From NCBI GenBank assembly GCA_050084515.1, contig CM114271.1, positions 21,700,001 through 21,764,000 on the forward strand: DNA of 64,000 nucleotides, read 5' to 3'. The DNA is from Blasia pusilla. Lineage: Eukaryota. Of this stretch, positions 1 to 14,200 are shown in pieces. Each line of letters begins with the position of its first letter. The first letter of the stretch is position 1. Made by a program: the position numbers and the translations under genes. Under the pieces are notes generated by a model. That model was not told the origin of the DNA. It was given only the letters and a program-made list of their open reading frames with translations, and did no database searches.

Positions 1-429
1 ATGGAGAGAGCTTGGGAGAGGGGAGAGGTATACCTGAAGGAGAGAGAGTTTGAGAGCTCATTCTCTCTTTGTTGAACCTTTTGGCATGAGGTGGCGGAGC
101 GATGGTCTTGCTTGCCTTGTGTGTATAACCCAAGCCTCTCATTAGGTGAGTGGATTTGGTTTGACATTAAGAGAGATATGTGAGAGTGCACACATGTGAG
201 AATTATGGTGTTGTGAGATAGATTTGATCATATTTTATTGGAACCATTTTGGTATTTTTTATCTCGTTGTTTGGATGCCATGAGTTAGCATGGGATCGTG
301 CGTATTTATGTGTGTGTTTGGTGACAGCGAAATGTATACACACGACAAAACATACAAAATACAATCCCAAGTACTTTTGTATATAACAATGGGAAGTAGC
401 TCTGGGGTTTATGATTAGATGATCTCGTT

Positions 430-1290
430 ATTAAATTCCTCCCTAAAGTGGTAGACTAGATAACAAGTAAAACAATGCTATCTACGAAGAGAACCGTCAC
501 GTTATATGGGAAAGGAAAATCGGGTGCAACTCCTTCTCTAGCCCTATCCATAATTGACGGACATCATCTATTCTCCTCAAGAATGGATTTTGGCAGAGTT
601 GGTTTCCCAAAACGGATAATCCACTCTCATTGGAAAAGTAATATTATCCCTCGTATGAAAATAAATCCCCGAAGATGATAAGTCTCTTCAAATAATCATC
701 TCCACATATTTCATACTGTTGAAGAAAAGATCTTAGCCAAGTCACTCTCCCAAAAGAGATAATCCAATCTCATTGTTAGAGCAAGCAAGTTGAATTCTAT
801 CCAATGAAGAGTAACAAGGGAGGCTTGAGAAATGAAATTGAAGGTGACGAACCCTTGAAAGTCCTTTCTTCTTTATATATTCACAAGGGATCTACAAGAG
901 TGCAAAGTAAGACTATTCTGATCTTGTGCCACATGGCTTCCTCTCAAGGCTTAGCCAATCCTTTTTGGACACAAGTAGATTAGATGCTATCTCTTCCAAA
1001 ATATCCTCATCAACTCACTTCATATCTTTCAAACTACCCCCAACTACCGTAGTCACCAACCTAGAAAATTTTATTTTCATTAATACACTAATCCACAACT
1101 TTACTTTTATACTTTCATATCTTATTTCTTATCTTGTTTTCCTTAAGTTGGGCTCACACAAATAGAACACTATAAAAATGTTTAAATATGTAAAATTTAT
1201 TTTTTAAGAGAAATTACTTAATAATTATAAAACTCTTTGTAGCATTAATAAGATAAGAGTTTACAGAATGGATCATTTTACTATACAACA
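430..1290 (-). repeat. Dispersed repeat, probably an LTR fragment in minus orientation (second copy at ~4734-5935)
   Basis: ~530-1290 aligns by eye with ~5160-5935 (e.g. cctttcttctttatatattcacaagggatc / ccctcctctttatatactcacaagggatc). The minus strand begins TGTTGTATAG and contains a TATATAAAG box. No coding motif or TSD found. Confidence 0.45.
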
Positions 1291-1599
1291 ATGAAGTGTA
1301 GTTACTTTCCAATGGGGTTTGTGATTTGAGATGGGAGTTGTTGGCCATTGGGAGTTTGGAAAGAGTTTTTTTACTTGCTAGTACTTTGGCCAATGGTGTT
1401 GAGATGGGTGATATTCGCCATCTTTACATTATAGCCAATACCCTCAATGACATGAGACAATCTAGAAAGAAGTCATAGAGGAGGAGACGCATATGTAGAT
1501 GCGGATGGGAGGTTCGACATGATGCTCGAGGAGATTGTAATACCATGGAGGTTGCTGCACCACATGGAGTAGTTAGTGTTAACTATGTAGTAGAGTGAT

Positions 1600-3990
1600 G
1601 GCATGCGAGCTCAGCTTATCCAAGCTAGTTTGAAAGGTTGAGGATGAGCATGAGTGTTGAGTGTGCATGAGGCCGTGTGTGTCATCACTCGGTTAGCATT
1701 AACGTAGATGAGCTAGTGAGGAGTGTGGGAGACTCTCGGTGAGTTTGAGTGCTTGAGTGTGTGAGGTAAGGTTGTCATCACAACGTTCTGCCCGAGTAGG
1801 GGGAGAACGAAGTAGTTCGATCAATGGTAGTGGATTTACATGGAGTGGAGTGAAGTATCAAGGGGTTTTGAGTGAGTAACCACCCCGACTCCCATATGTG
1901 GCTGGATCGTCATCATTGGATATCGAGTTTGGTGACAAGATTGCAAATGGAGATAATTTCATGTGGAGGGGGATGGAGAACATGAGCAACCAAGGCATGC
2001 GTCATTTCTTAGGTGCAGTAGGCACTATTGATCTAGAGGATTTCATATAGGAGTTTGGCAAATGGTTTGACTTCCAGGAGATACGATCGAGCCCCTATAG
2101 AGATTGATACCTGGAGGATGTATTGAGCCCCAAGGTATGTGTTCACTAGTGTCTGCGAAGTGTATGATGGGATAGTGAGAGGGAATAGGCCTATACCATT
2201 AGGCCGGGGACTAGATGGAGATGATATGTGGCTGTGAGGGCAATGAGGTGGGAGAGATCTATGGCGTTAGTGCCCCCCCTCCCCCCCCAATTTCAATGCT
2301 TTTGTGGAATTCTTTTGACAGTTGGGGAGGAGCGACCAGGGCATGGAGACCGACCAGCTGAAGAGTCTATAGGTTTCTCAGTGAAGATCAGGTGAGAGTC
2401 TAATAGAGGTGTTCACATGCATATAGCAACGAATCATTGCCACGTATGGATTGACTGAGGCACAATTAGTGCAATATTGATATGGGGTTATGTGCCGGGA
2501 ACTACAGGGGAGAGTCCGAGATGCAATGTTGCTTCACTCGATGAAACCCATATTGAAGGTTGTCTACGAGTTGTCTAAATAGATTGAGCTTAACATGAGT
2601 GAGGAGCAGGTGTTGAACACAAGATTTTCCCGAGAGTCCACATTCTATGAGAAGGAGAAGCCCTACGGATATCCCAACGTGCGCCGATACAGTTGGAGCA
2701 GGCTGATGTGCCCATCAAGCAGGGCGAGTATTGTGAGTCCATGAGTCAACGGCCTGTACGAACGTACGTTGCCCAAGGGACTAGAAATGGCTTATTAGAT
2801 GTGTGTTGGGCCTCGTGGTGTTGGGCCTCGTTGGAGGGACTATACACAGAATGGTAGAGGGCTGAGGGCGTGTTCGATTATTTAAGAGGCACCTAAGATG
2901 CCCCTCCCCCCCGGTACAATTGCAATATGACTCTTGTCACCAATACAATCACACCAAAGATAGGTGTTTGGATATTCATCAAGAGGCACGTCCAAAGGTA
3001 GTCCGCGGGCCTAGGGGCGATCGCCTTGAGAAGTTTCTGATCGTGGTAGTAGAGGTCCACCACTTGTCAGAGGAGATGGAGTGCATGCACCGAAGGCGAT
3101 GCTTCTCTCACTTATCGATAAATTGGGGAGGTAGACTTGAGATCATCTACATTGGATGGCTCCTTCACTTCTTATTACAATACAAGAGAGGGTTTCTTTG
3201 GCATGGGACTAATGTGTAGTGTGGCTCTGGTAAACGTTGTTGCAATAGTGACTCGGGGTGTTGTAAGAGGGACGGAGCCACATTGAGATAGGGTTGAGAT
3301 AGACCCACAGGAGGGAACTGATGGGCGGAATGCAAGGGTTGGTTGGTCACTTATATTGTTGAAGGCACTACATACACCATGAATGGTGCCTAGATAACCA
3401 TTGGTGCCCACAAGTGGGGCATGTAGGTGCATCAACATCACTAGAAGTTGGAGAGACAACTCCTATGCTGGCTCAAGTGGATCCAAAGTTGATCATACTA
3501 TTGGAGGTGGTCACCAGGTTGAGCTAGACTCCTTTGTTTTCCGCCATGGAGTTGGTGACGTTGGGAGTTAGATCAGCGAGGATGTTCCGACAGGTTGTCA
3601 CGTTATATGAGTGTGGAGATGTGACTACCTCTTGTTTGGCGGTGGCTATTGTTAAGGTGGTGGACATGCCCTTGGAGGATGTGCTTGCAATGTCTCCCAC
3701 TCAATCATGGCAAGTTACGGCGGCGAAGCTGATGGATATGCCAACTCGACCAGCCATAGAGCGAGCCACATATGATAACACCAGGTGTGGTGTTTTTGGA
3801 CAATCAAGATGGAATGTTTTGCTTGGTTAGTGCCATAGATACATTGTATCACTTGCAACAAGTCCTATTTGATTCGGGAATGCAACCCTTGATGTTAGGG
3901 AAGGAGATTGTTTTGGCATTGGGGTTACAGAAAAACGACATTGAGTCTTGTCCCTTTCAAATACAAACATCTATTGAGGAGTGTAAATGA
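1600..3990 (+). mobile_element. Decayed Ty3/gypsy 5' internal region (gag, zinc knuckle, aspartic protease), DNMT-carrying family
   Basis: Colinear with 12100-14560. Gag start MRHFLGAVGTIDL at 1998, CHQYNHTKDRC knuckle at ~2935, protease motif VLFDSGMQPLMLGK at ~3860-3903. Many stops and frameshifts. Confidence 0.8.
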
Positions 3991-4083
3991 CCTCGTGAGG
4001 CTGGCCTAGAGTTTTTCCTTTATCCTAGAGTAAACAGGGTCAAGTGACAATCGAGCTTTTGGAATGGAGACGTTTATACTTTT

Positions 4084-4580
4084 TGTCACATCTTATTTCG
4101 ACGTAGTTATAGTTCTATTGCGTCGACGACATAGAGAGTCAGCAGACTCTCTTGAATGTAACTTTGTCCCAAGGTGTCGGATGAGGTTGAGGATAGGTCC
4201 GTTGTGTTAGGAACGTCATTTCTGACAACTTTCTTGTTGAGGTCTTTCACAAGCGGATGACTTGTTGAGCAAGTCACGCCCCTGTAACCTGTGTGCGCAG
4301 GTTACAAGGCGGATAGCTATTTTTAGGGGAAGAGCCTTTTGGCTCTTCCCAACCCTGAATAAGGGAGGAAGATGGCTTTCCCAAGCCATCTTTCTCATGT
4401 TGAGCCTTAGGAGCGCCTCTCTTGTATAGACGTGTGTGGGTGTGTAGGAGTTAGGGTGCTAGCATCCAGATTCTCTCATAGCGGAGGGTGGATGTGGTTC
4501 GATATGCCGATGTAGATTCATGAGTGGAGTTTTATGCGAAGTGAGGTGTTTTTACTACTTGATTTTACATGAGAAAGATA
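4084..4580 (+). repeat. LTR fragment, family A (TGTCAC...CACGACA)
   Basis: Starts TGTCACATC. The core ggctatttttaggggaagagccttttggctcttcccaacc also occurs at ~6725 and ~10860; downstream LTR sequence matches 15296-15656. Confidence 0.7.
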
Positions 4581-4733
4581 CGAGGGGCCAGGGAATTTTT
4601 TGGTTGCAATTGCAGGTAAGCAAGCAAGTAGCCTCAGTAGGGAGCCCTTGGAGACGCGTTGTCGTATCGAGAGCCTTTATTGGAGTAAGGGCATGCCTTC
4701 TAGCTGCGGCAGACGTGGTCGATGCAAGGTGAA

Positions 4734-5935
4734 CTCTCCAAGAAGTTTTCATTTTTCAATACAAAATTATTATGTATACTCTTCATTCTTTCACGACAAG
4801 TATCACAAATGGAAGTGCCGAGGCGATCACTTCTTCATAACATCCGACCCCAAAATTCATTATTATAAAATCCCTATAAACTACTTTACGCTTGTACATG
4901 ATGAAGATAGCACAACTAGTGTTAAATCTTACTTGAGCAGGCCTATTGACGTCCATCGATTGCTATATAAGGACATAAAAAAATACAATCCTATGTCCTT
5001 CCATATGTGAAGATAGGAAAAATCATCGGAGTTGGAGATTTCATGACCTTGTTCATGAACGCCTTCCCAAAGTGATAAACTAAATAGCGAGTGAACCAGT
5101 GTCTATCTACAAAGAGTACCTTGATATGGTAAAGAATGAGGAAAGGAAAGTCGGGCACAACTCGTGCTCCACCCCTATCCATGCTTGATACCCATTCTCT
5201 ACTCTCCTCAAGAATGGGCTTTGGCGGAATTAATTTCCCAAGAGGGGTAATCCACTCTCATTGGGAAAATAACAAGCCAAAACATTCACTATTTTAGTTT
5301 GTCTAAACTTCTCTAAGATGACAAGCCTCTCATCTCCACACACACCACACTCTAGAAATCTCTTGAAGAATAGACCATGGTCAAGTTATTCTCCCAAGAA
5401 GAATGATCCACTCTCATTGGAAGAGCAAGCAATCCTAAAGCCATACACTCAAGAGTGATACGAGAGAATCAAGATGTGAAATAGAAGGTGATGAATCCCT
5501 GAAGGTCCCTCCTCTTTATATACTCACAAGGGATCCACAAGAATACGAAATATAGCTACTCTTATATAGTGCCACATGGTTATCTCTCAAGACTTAGCCA
5601 ATCATATTTTGACAAAAGTAAATTTCCTCTTATCTCTTCCAAAATATCCTCTTTTATCCATTTGATATTTTCCAAAGTTCCCCAACTATCCTAACCACCA
5701 ACCAAGAATATTAAATCAATAACCTCACTATTTTACTTTTATAAAGTCATATTTTATTTATTATCTCTTTTTATTATTTTTATTATTCTAGGCCGGCATA
5801 AAAGAGGCACCATAAAGAGGTATAAATATGGGAATTTCTTTTTTTCTAAGTTAATTTACTTAATACTAATAAAACTCTATCTAACACTTAATGAAGAGGA
5901 GTTTACACACTAGCTGATTTTACTATACGATAGTG
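4734..5935 (-). repeat. Second copy of the 430-1290 repeat (probable LTR fragment)
   Basis: AT-rich insert within gypsy sequence, homologous to 530-1290. Confidence 0.45.
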
Positions 5936-6542
5936 TGTATGACATTTGTTTATCATTTTTATGTTTGGGAGGTCGTACACAAAAGCGCTATCCATTTTTC
6001 ACAGATTTCGTTGGTGAGGGTTGATGGGGGACAACAACATAGTGGAGCGGTAGTAGCGCTCAGATGTAGCTCAGACAGTATTATCGACGCATGACTAGTG
6101 AGTGTCGAGAGAGAGAAGCTTTGGGAACATCAGCCACCATGAGGGGGGCTAGTGAGAGCTAGGTCATAGCCGCCTAGGTTGGCTAGGATTAGGTTGCGGG
6201 CACGGAACCTAAGGGTTACGGAGTCGGGAGCCGGAATGAGGCAAGACATGGAAGCGATCAGGTTGGTGGGTCGGCTAATGTAGTGGTGGGCACCATGACG
6301 TCTGGTATCGGGATTCAGGCGTGCCTCCTACACACGACAACCTATACGTTAGAGCGGGGGTTTAGGGTCCGGAGTCTGAAGAGACTGCAGTTCGGGGCCA
6401 TGCATCATTAAGGCGGAGTTGCGCATAGGGTTGCACACCAAAGGTAGGTGGATGGGTTGTGCCCAACCTCGGAGGAAGGAAGGAGATAGAAGGGATAGGG
6501 CGCGAGCATAAGGACGCAAGTTTTTAAGGCTGTGAGGGGAGA

Positions 6543-6975
6543 TGTCACATCTGAGTAGTCGATAGGCCGAGATATATCGTGGATAGGACGTAGGAGCCAG
6601 CGGACTATCTTGAGTGTAACTTTGTCCCACGGTGTCGGATGACAACTTTCATGTTGAAGTCTTTTAGAGCCGGGTGACTAGGTCACCCGCCCCTGATAAC
6701 CTGTGCGTGTAGGTTACCAAGGGGATGGCTATTTTTAGGGGAAGAGCCTTTTGGCTCTTCCCAACCATATATAAGAGAGGAGGATGGCTTTCTCATTTTT
6801 CTCATGTTGAGCCGTTGGAGCACCTCTCTTGGATGTGTGTGAGATAGGACTAGGGTGCTAGCGTCTGGATTCCTTGATAGCGCAGGGTGGATGAGACTCA
6901 ATATGCCGATGTAGATTGAGGAGTGGAGTTTAAGGCCGGGTGTGCCATTTTTACTACTATTTATTTTACATGAGA
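6543..6975 (+). repeat. LTR fragment, family A, preceded by a purine tract
   Basis: gaggggaga (PPT-like) directly precedes TGTCACATC; homologous to 4084-4580. Confidence 0.7.
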
Positions 6976-6979
6976 AAGA

Positions 6980-7460
6980 TGGCTTAGGTTGGGACCTACT
7001 GTGTTGCTAGACGCAGCGAGAGTTGGACCACGTGCCCATCGTCTACGATGGTGGTGGACGAACCTGATACCATTAGAGGAACTGAGTCGAGCATACGATG
7101 GAGTCCAAAGAGCACCACATCTCACAATGGATGCTATTTTGGGATCAGGGCATCGATCTGAGGTGGTGACGCGGGATGATAGACCACCGTTGGCAATGGT
7201 CAATAGGGTGGGGGAGTTGAGGGCAGCCTTACCTACGTTGGTGAGCTTCCTAGCATCCCATGCCTTTCGTCAAGGAGGGTTAGGCATGATTTGGGATGAG
7301 GTGACCTGAGCATTAGAGGATCCTAGAGTAGATGAGCGCGAGCGCGCCATGGGGTTTGCTACAGGTATTACGGTGGTGCCAGGTATGATTGAGGCATTTT
7401 GGAGATAGGTGTTGGGGTAGGTGATGGACCTCAAGTGTCTCACATGGATATTTAGCCTAG
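6980..7460 (+). pseudogene. Gypsy-borne DNMT3-like C5-cytosine methyltransferase, C-terminal half (motifs VIII-X)
   Basis: LLDAARVGPRAHRLRWWWTNL resembles DNMT3 IDAxxVSAAHRARYFWGNL. ERERAMGFATGIT...R*VLG*VMD resembles EMERVFGFP..YT...RQRLLGRSW. Confidence 0.8.
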
Positions 7461-7756
7461 GTATGGCTGAGCAGAGACGAATGCGAGTGTCATCCATATC
7501 GTCACGAGTTGGACCATTGCCTATAGGGTCTGTACAAGCATTGGCTGGGGGCAAGACGAGGAGAGATAGGCACCCATGGACTTCCTGGGACGTCGTTCAA
7601 GCAGAGAGTGCGAAGGCGGCCATGGAAGCACATGTTCAGTTTTTGGATGTGGAGCATGGTCTAGGAGGTCAGAGTGAAGCGGCTGTTGCGAAGGTGGCTA
7701 GGGTGGCTACATAGAAACCAAAGCCGAAGGTTGCGTCCTCTCTGAGTGAGGGCACG

Positions 7757-8825
7757 ATGGAGACTTGGGAGCCTGTGATAGGTCTCAAGTTGATAGGAGG
7801 AGAGCGACAACGAGTTCATAGGTTTCTGAGAGGGCATGTAAGTTGTTTTGCCTTCAGTATGAGAGACTTGGGTACGCTGAAGGGTCCCGAGATACGGATT
7901 GAGTTGGCTAATGATACGCCGATCTTTCATCGACCCTACAAATATTCTGATATGAAGCGAGCCTTGATTCAGAGCACGAGTCAGAACTTGTTGGAGGCAG
8001 AACTTGTGGAGTTATCACATGTGGAGTATGCATTTGCCACAATCATGCCGACGAAGAAGGATATGTATGGCAGTTGGACGGATAGGCGGATGTGTGGAGA
8101 TTACCGTCCTATCAACCGACAGACGAGATCAGATCGGTACGCCATGCCTACTCCTGAGGAGATCTTTCATGCGGTAGGGCATGCAAAGATCTTCAGTACT
8201 TTAGATCTCCGTGTTGGCTATCATCAATTTCCTATCACGTTGGAGGACAAGGAGAAGACAACATTCTAGGGGATAGATCAGTTCGGGAGAGATTGCTTGT
8301 ATCAGTGGCGATTCTTACCATTTGGGTTGAAGAACGCGCATGTAGAGTTTCTGAGAGTGATGGATAGAATTCTGGCTGGCTTGGATTTGTTACGATGTTA
8401 CAAAGATGATATTCTTATCTTTAGTTCCACGGTTGAGGAGCATGAGCGACACTTGGAGGAGGTGTTTCGGAGATTGCAGTTACATGGACTGAAGTTACAT
8501 CCAGGCAAGTGCAGATTCTTTCAAGAGTAGATTGAGTACTTGGGACACACCATATACGCGAGTGGGTTAGGCATTCAACAGACGAAGGTGGAGGCTATTG
8601 CGCAGATTCCATGCCCTACAGATGTGAGCCGAGTACGAGCGTTCCTGGACTGGCAAACTTCTATCGATGGTATGTCAAGGGTTTAAGTGCGATCCCAAAG
8701 TCTTTGACCTTGTTGACGAGACTTGATCAGGTTTGGTCGTGGGGAGATGATCAGGAACGAGCATTTCAGGAGCTCAAGGACAGGATGACATCCTCAACCC
8801 ATTTAACAAAGACCGGTTAGGGGTT
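7757..8825 (+). pseudogene. Ty3/gypsy reverse transcriptase (disrupted)
   Basis: RMCGDYRPINRQT, LDLRVGYHQ, LPFGLKNA, CYKDDILIFS (YxDD), GLKLHPGKC, YLGH, GLANFYR; in-frame stops and a frameshift; truncated at 8829 by another LTR. Confidence 0.92.
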
Positions 8826-8828
8826 TCC

Positions 8829-10855
8829 TGTGATACCCACAATTTTGTACTTTTGAAGAAATATATCTTTTCATTCAACGAAGACTTGTATATACATTAT
8901 AATTTTGATTATTATTTATTATCATGGGGAGGAATGAGTAAGATTAAAGTGAATCACGAAGCTCTAAGGACAAGGCAGAGAGATAGAAAATCAAGGATGT
9001 GCCTAAGAGGAGAGGGGACTAAAATAACGAAGTCTCAAGACCCAGCAAGAAGCTTCGGAACGACAACGAAGCTCAACGAAGCTCTGTCTATGAAGTGCTT
9101 CGCTCTATAACGAAGCATAATGAAGCAAGAAGAAGAAGAGAAAGAAGTACTTCGCTCTTGTACGAAGCATGAAGAACAAAGCATCTAGAACAAGAACCAA
9201 GAATGGAGAGCTTCGTCTTCAGATCAGGAGAAAGAGCTTCGTCCTCAAGCAAAGCAAAAGAGGTCCACACTTAGCAGCAAAGCGAAGCTAAGATTGACAG
9301 TGATTTCAAGCGATACATAGTTAGAACAGTTAAAATAGGAAGAGACGCAACCCTTTGTATCAAATTGGTCGTTATGACAGTTTTGTTCTGCGGATTCATA
9401 ACCATCATAGGAAAAGCAAAGAATACCATAGATCTTGGTAGTTACAAAAGTTGAAGAGCCATCAACTTCATCAAAACCGCTTCGAATCTTTGGATCATTC
9501 CTCCTTCAGAGAGTATTTAAGAAGCATAGAAATAGCTATCATTATCATTCTCTTACGAAGTCCTCATGCTGTAGGAATGGTCCTAGTAAGGAAGTAGTAC
9601 CCTCTCGAGCTTGTATACACTTTGAAGCTTTCTCATTCTTGATGGAGTAGTAAAGCAATCATTCATTCATTCATTCAGATGTGCGATGCTTATGTCTGAG
9701 TATTCTTTTTGGGTCTGCAGAGTGAGGAGTGAATCAGGCGAACCTTTCTCATCAATGGAATAATCAACATAAAGTTGTAGGAAATCTGTTTGACAGAGAG
9801 TAGCCTGCCAAGACGGATTGAGTTCCGAAAGTAGGAGAAGCCAACTTTCATGTTGAGGTCTCTATGAGGTTTCTTGATATCGAGAGGAAATCTACCTGAG
9901 CATGTTGTCAACTCCACTAGAGAGAATTGAGAAAAGAACCTTTGGTACTAAGAAAGTTACAAAGATATTGATAAGACATTGAATATGAATCATACACATT
10001 TAAATACAACTATTACAACAGAATTGTGATTTCGAACTCTCTTTTCATCAAACAATGATCATGTTGGGGATCAAACTTATTAAACGATTGTAAAATAGAA
10101 ACTCTAGTACATTACATAGAGAACCAGAAACTTTTTGGCGCTACTGCCGAGGATCATAAGCTTTGCTGGAGAGGGAGAGAGACACATGGGAAATCCAGGA
10201 GCGGGGAAAGAAGCCTCGTCTCCTATAAGATCCAACCAGCTAGTTCTTACTGAAGACCATCTGCTATCTCTAGCTATCCTCCTCAGACAATGGATGAAAG
10301 AAGATAACAACCGGTTCGCTGCATTGGTGCTAGAAAAGATATAACAATTAATTAGCATTGTCAAAAAACCAGTCGCCGAACGGTGCTTTGCCCATGACCG
10401 TCAATTGTACTTGGTCATGACCCGGTACTTCTGTTTATGGGAGGAAAACCTGGCAGGAAGATTAAGAGCACCTGCACACTCATGTAGGCTTTAGGAATTA
10501 GGAAGATTTAATTTCCCTCCATGAACCCCTACCTTGTGGCGATCGTGGGTGCAGAAGTAAGCTCCCGAATTCCAGAAGGGACTCATGGAAGTCTCCCGAC
10601 CCTCTTCGCGAGATCAGCGAGCAGATCGACGCAATAAGCAACAAGAAGATCACCCGTCTTGGAGACCGCCGGGGGTGTCTCCCAGTCTTCGTCTTCGCAC
10701 GAAGCCCAAGAGCAAGAAGAGGGACAGGAATACGCTCCCCACCACGTCTCCAGCCAGCTCGCAGTCGGACGAAGAGTCAACCTGGAATCCCTTTAGGGAC
10801 TCCGGGGACAAGGAGCCGACCAAATCAACTAGATCAGAACCGCTGCCTCCTCCAA
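8829..10855 (+). mobile_element. LTR retrotransposon family B: 5' LTR (~8829-10130), PBS and 5' internal region, truncated
   Basis: Starts TGTGATACCC and is colinear with 37436-39385. tttttggcgctactgccg at ~10133-10150 resembles the Athila-type PBS TGGCGCCGTTGCCG. Confidence 0.8.
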
Positions 10856-11245
10856 GAGGATGGCTATCTTTAGGGGAAGAGCCTTTTGGATCTTCCCAAC
10901 CCTATATAAGAGAGGAGGATGGCTTTCCGAAGCCATCTTTCTCATGTTGGGCCGTTGGAGCACCTCTCTTGTATGTGTGTGAGATAGGACTAGGGTGCTA
11001 GCGTCTGGATTCCTTGATAGCGCAAGGTGGATGAGGCTCAATATGCCGATGTAGATTGAGGAGTGGAGTTTTAGGCCGAGTGTTCCGTTTTTACTACTCT
11101 TTATTTTGTTGTGTGATCTCCATGTATATGTATGAGTTGATTTTTGTACATGTGTGGATCGACCCGTGTGTGGGGAAGATCGGTGTTGGGTGGTGTAGAT
11201 GTGACCAGCGATGTATGTTGTGTAGCGATATGTATGCACACGACA
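10856..11245 (+). repeat. LTR family A, 3' part ending CACGACA
   Basis: Homologous to 6720-6965 and 15296-15656; ends ...gcacacgaca. Confidence 0.75.
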
Positions 11246-14200
11246 TAGAAGAAGGAGTCGAGATGGGCCTATTAGGGAGAGCGGGGAGCCAAGGAGGGCT
11301 CGGCCAAATTTCGAAGGAAGAAAGGAGTAGGTTAGGGAAAGAGCGCGGCCCAGGCTGCATAGGGCACCGCGTGGAGCCATTATGGCTCTAAGATACGAGA
11401 GAAGGCTGGCGAGCACATCCAAGGGATGGGTTGAGCCAAGACTGGGGCCCACAAAGGGCCGCATGCCCGTACGAGGGAGGTTGGGAGGTTGGCAGCAGGT
11501 GGGAGAGAAAGAAAAGAGCCATTATGCCTTCGCGACACAGGGAAGGAAGAAGTTCGAGTGAGATTGGCGGGGTCGAGTAATGGGTCCGTGGTTGAGGTCA
11601 CATGGAGACCAGGTAGGCCAAGGTTTCATGGTAGGCAGGGGTACCAAGTCAAGGTCAACGTGGTTGGAGCTAACCTGGTAGAGCGAAATAGTGTTGAGAC
11701 AAGATTTTCTTGGGTGCGGTTGATTGAAGGCAAGATGAGGATTTGCACCGACAGTTGATGTTGGAGAGTTGATGACAGAGTGTTAGTATGCCAATGGATA
11801 GTCTACATCTGCTAACGGGAGGTTTGAAGTGCTGGTCAAGGAGAGTGTCGTGCCGTAGAGGTGGCCATACCACATGGAGGAGTGAGTGTTGACAGTGCAG
11901 TAGGTTGGAGGGCATGATCAGGCTACCCATTCGAGTCCCTTTTCCCGCACTTATCTTGTGTGATTTAGAGTAATGGGTATTGGGTAGTTACTCGTGTTAG
12001 ATTGGTATAGTCATGGTGATGAGTGTAGACTCCTTTCATGTGTAGCATGTTGGTGGATATACGGCGGTTGCCGAGTAGGGGTCGTGTGTATGACTCGAGT
12101 GTATGTTTGTAACTTAGGTGAGTTAGTCACGAGGCTCATGTTGAGCCCGAGTGTTGAGTGTACATGAGGCCGGGTGTGTTGTCACGGGATTATCATTAGC
12201 GTAGGTGAGCTAGTGAGGAGTATGGGAGACTCTCGGTGAGTCTGAGTACTTGAGCGGGTGAGACAAAGTTGTCATCACGGCGTTCTTCCAAGGTTCAGAA
12301 GAACAGGGTAGTGCAAGCAGTGGGAATGGAGTGACATGGAGTGGCGTGAGGTATTGAGGAGTTTCTAGTGAGGAACCATCTTGACTTTCGTGGTTGGATC
12401 GTCCTCACTAGACAGCAGGTATATGGTGACGAGATCGTAGACGGGGACGATGATACGTGGAGAGAGATGGACGACATGGGCCACCGAGGCATGCGTCATT
12501 TCTCGGGTGCGGTAGGCACCATAGATTTAGATGACTTCACCTAGGAGTTTGACACGTGGTGCGACTTCTAGGAGATACGGACCCCTATGCGGTTCAACCT
12601 TTTTATGGCATTAAAAGGGGTTGTTCCAGCACTTGGAGGGTCCGCCGATGGATGATTTCATGGATTTCCAATCTGTAGAGATCGATGCTTGGAGAGTGTA
12701 TTGGGCTCCAAGGTATGTTTACACTAGTGGCCGTGAGGGGTATGATGGGATAGTGACAATGGAGAGACCTTCACCATCAGCCCGAGGACTAGATGGAGGG
12801 GATGGCAGTGAGAGTGGTGAGGTGGCAAAGACCTCTCGTGGTAGAGGACCGCTGAGTTTCAGTCCTACAGTGGAGTTGGGGCGGAGCAACCAAGGTTTGT
12901 GGACCGACAAGCTGAAGAGTCTACAAGATTTTCAGCAGAGATCGGGTGAGAGTCTGAGGGAGGTGTTCATGCGCATACGACGGTTGATTGTTGCCATATA
13001 TGGGATGATTGAGGCGTAGTCAGTACAATATTGGTCCGGGGTGCTCGATGAGGAGCTATGGAGGAGAGTTTGGATGTGATGTTGCTTCACACAGCGAAGC
13101 CCACATTGAAGGTGGTCTTCAAGTTGTCTGAGCAGGTAGAGCTCAACATGAGTGAGGAGCATATGGTGACCACAGGATTTTCGCAGGATTTGATGGGTCG
13201 ACGAGTAGGAGTAGACCCACATGTGCCCCAACATGCACCATTACCACAGGAGCGGGCCAGTGGACCCAAAGAGCAGGGCGGGTATCACGAGCCAATGAGG
13301 CAACGGCCCGTATCGGCTTATGTTTCCCAACAGGGACCAGGGTTGGCTTGTTGGACGTGTAGTGGGCACATAGGCAGAAGGACTACCCACAACATGGGAG
13401 AGGGCCACGGGCACCTCCGATTGCTCAGGAGCCATAAAGGATGGCCCCACCACAATTACACTATGATCATTGTCACCGATATGGTCACACTAGGGATAGG
13501 TGTTATGATCTTTGCCGGGAGGTACATCTAGGGATAGGCAGAGGACTTGGGTTCGAGAGAGTTGGTGGAGATCGAGTGGTGGATGATCGTGGTGGTAAAG
13601 TGCCATCACCACTCAGGGGAGATAGAGGACGTGCACCCAATGCAACATCCTCACTCACATCGATCAGTTGGAGCAGAGGACTGTTGCCATGACGATGATG
13701 CAGCCACTGATAGGCATGGAGCCGAGAGTAGCTAGTGTGGCTCTAGCCTCCACATCGTATCAGGAGACTGGGGAGTACTATACAAGGTTGAGGTTTATGT
13801 GTAGTGCGACTTAGGTTGAGGCTGATGCAGTGGTGACTTGCGGTGCTGCAAGAGTAACGGAGCCATCAAGAGATGGGGTTGAGATTGACCCACAGGAGGG
13901 GACCGATGAAAGGCAGGCGAGTGTTCCCCAGTTGTTCACATTGTTAGAGGCACATCATACACCGTCGACGGTGCCTCAACAACCGGTAGTACCCACCAGT
14001 GGGATAGGTGTGTTGACGTCACAAGGAGTTGGAGAGACCACTCCTATGCGGGCTTGGGTGGAGCCAATGTCAACCATGTTGTTGGAGGTGGCCACTAGGG
14101 TGAGCCACACTCCATTGTTTTCCGCCATGGAGTTGGCAACGTTGGGAGTTGGACGAGTGGAGGTATTCCTGCTGGCCGCCACATTGTGTGAGCGTGGAGA

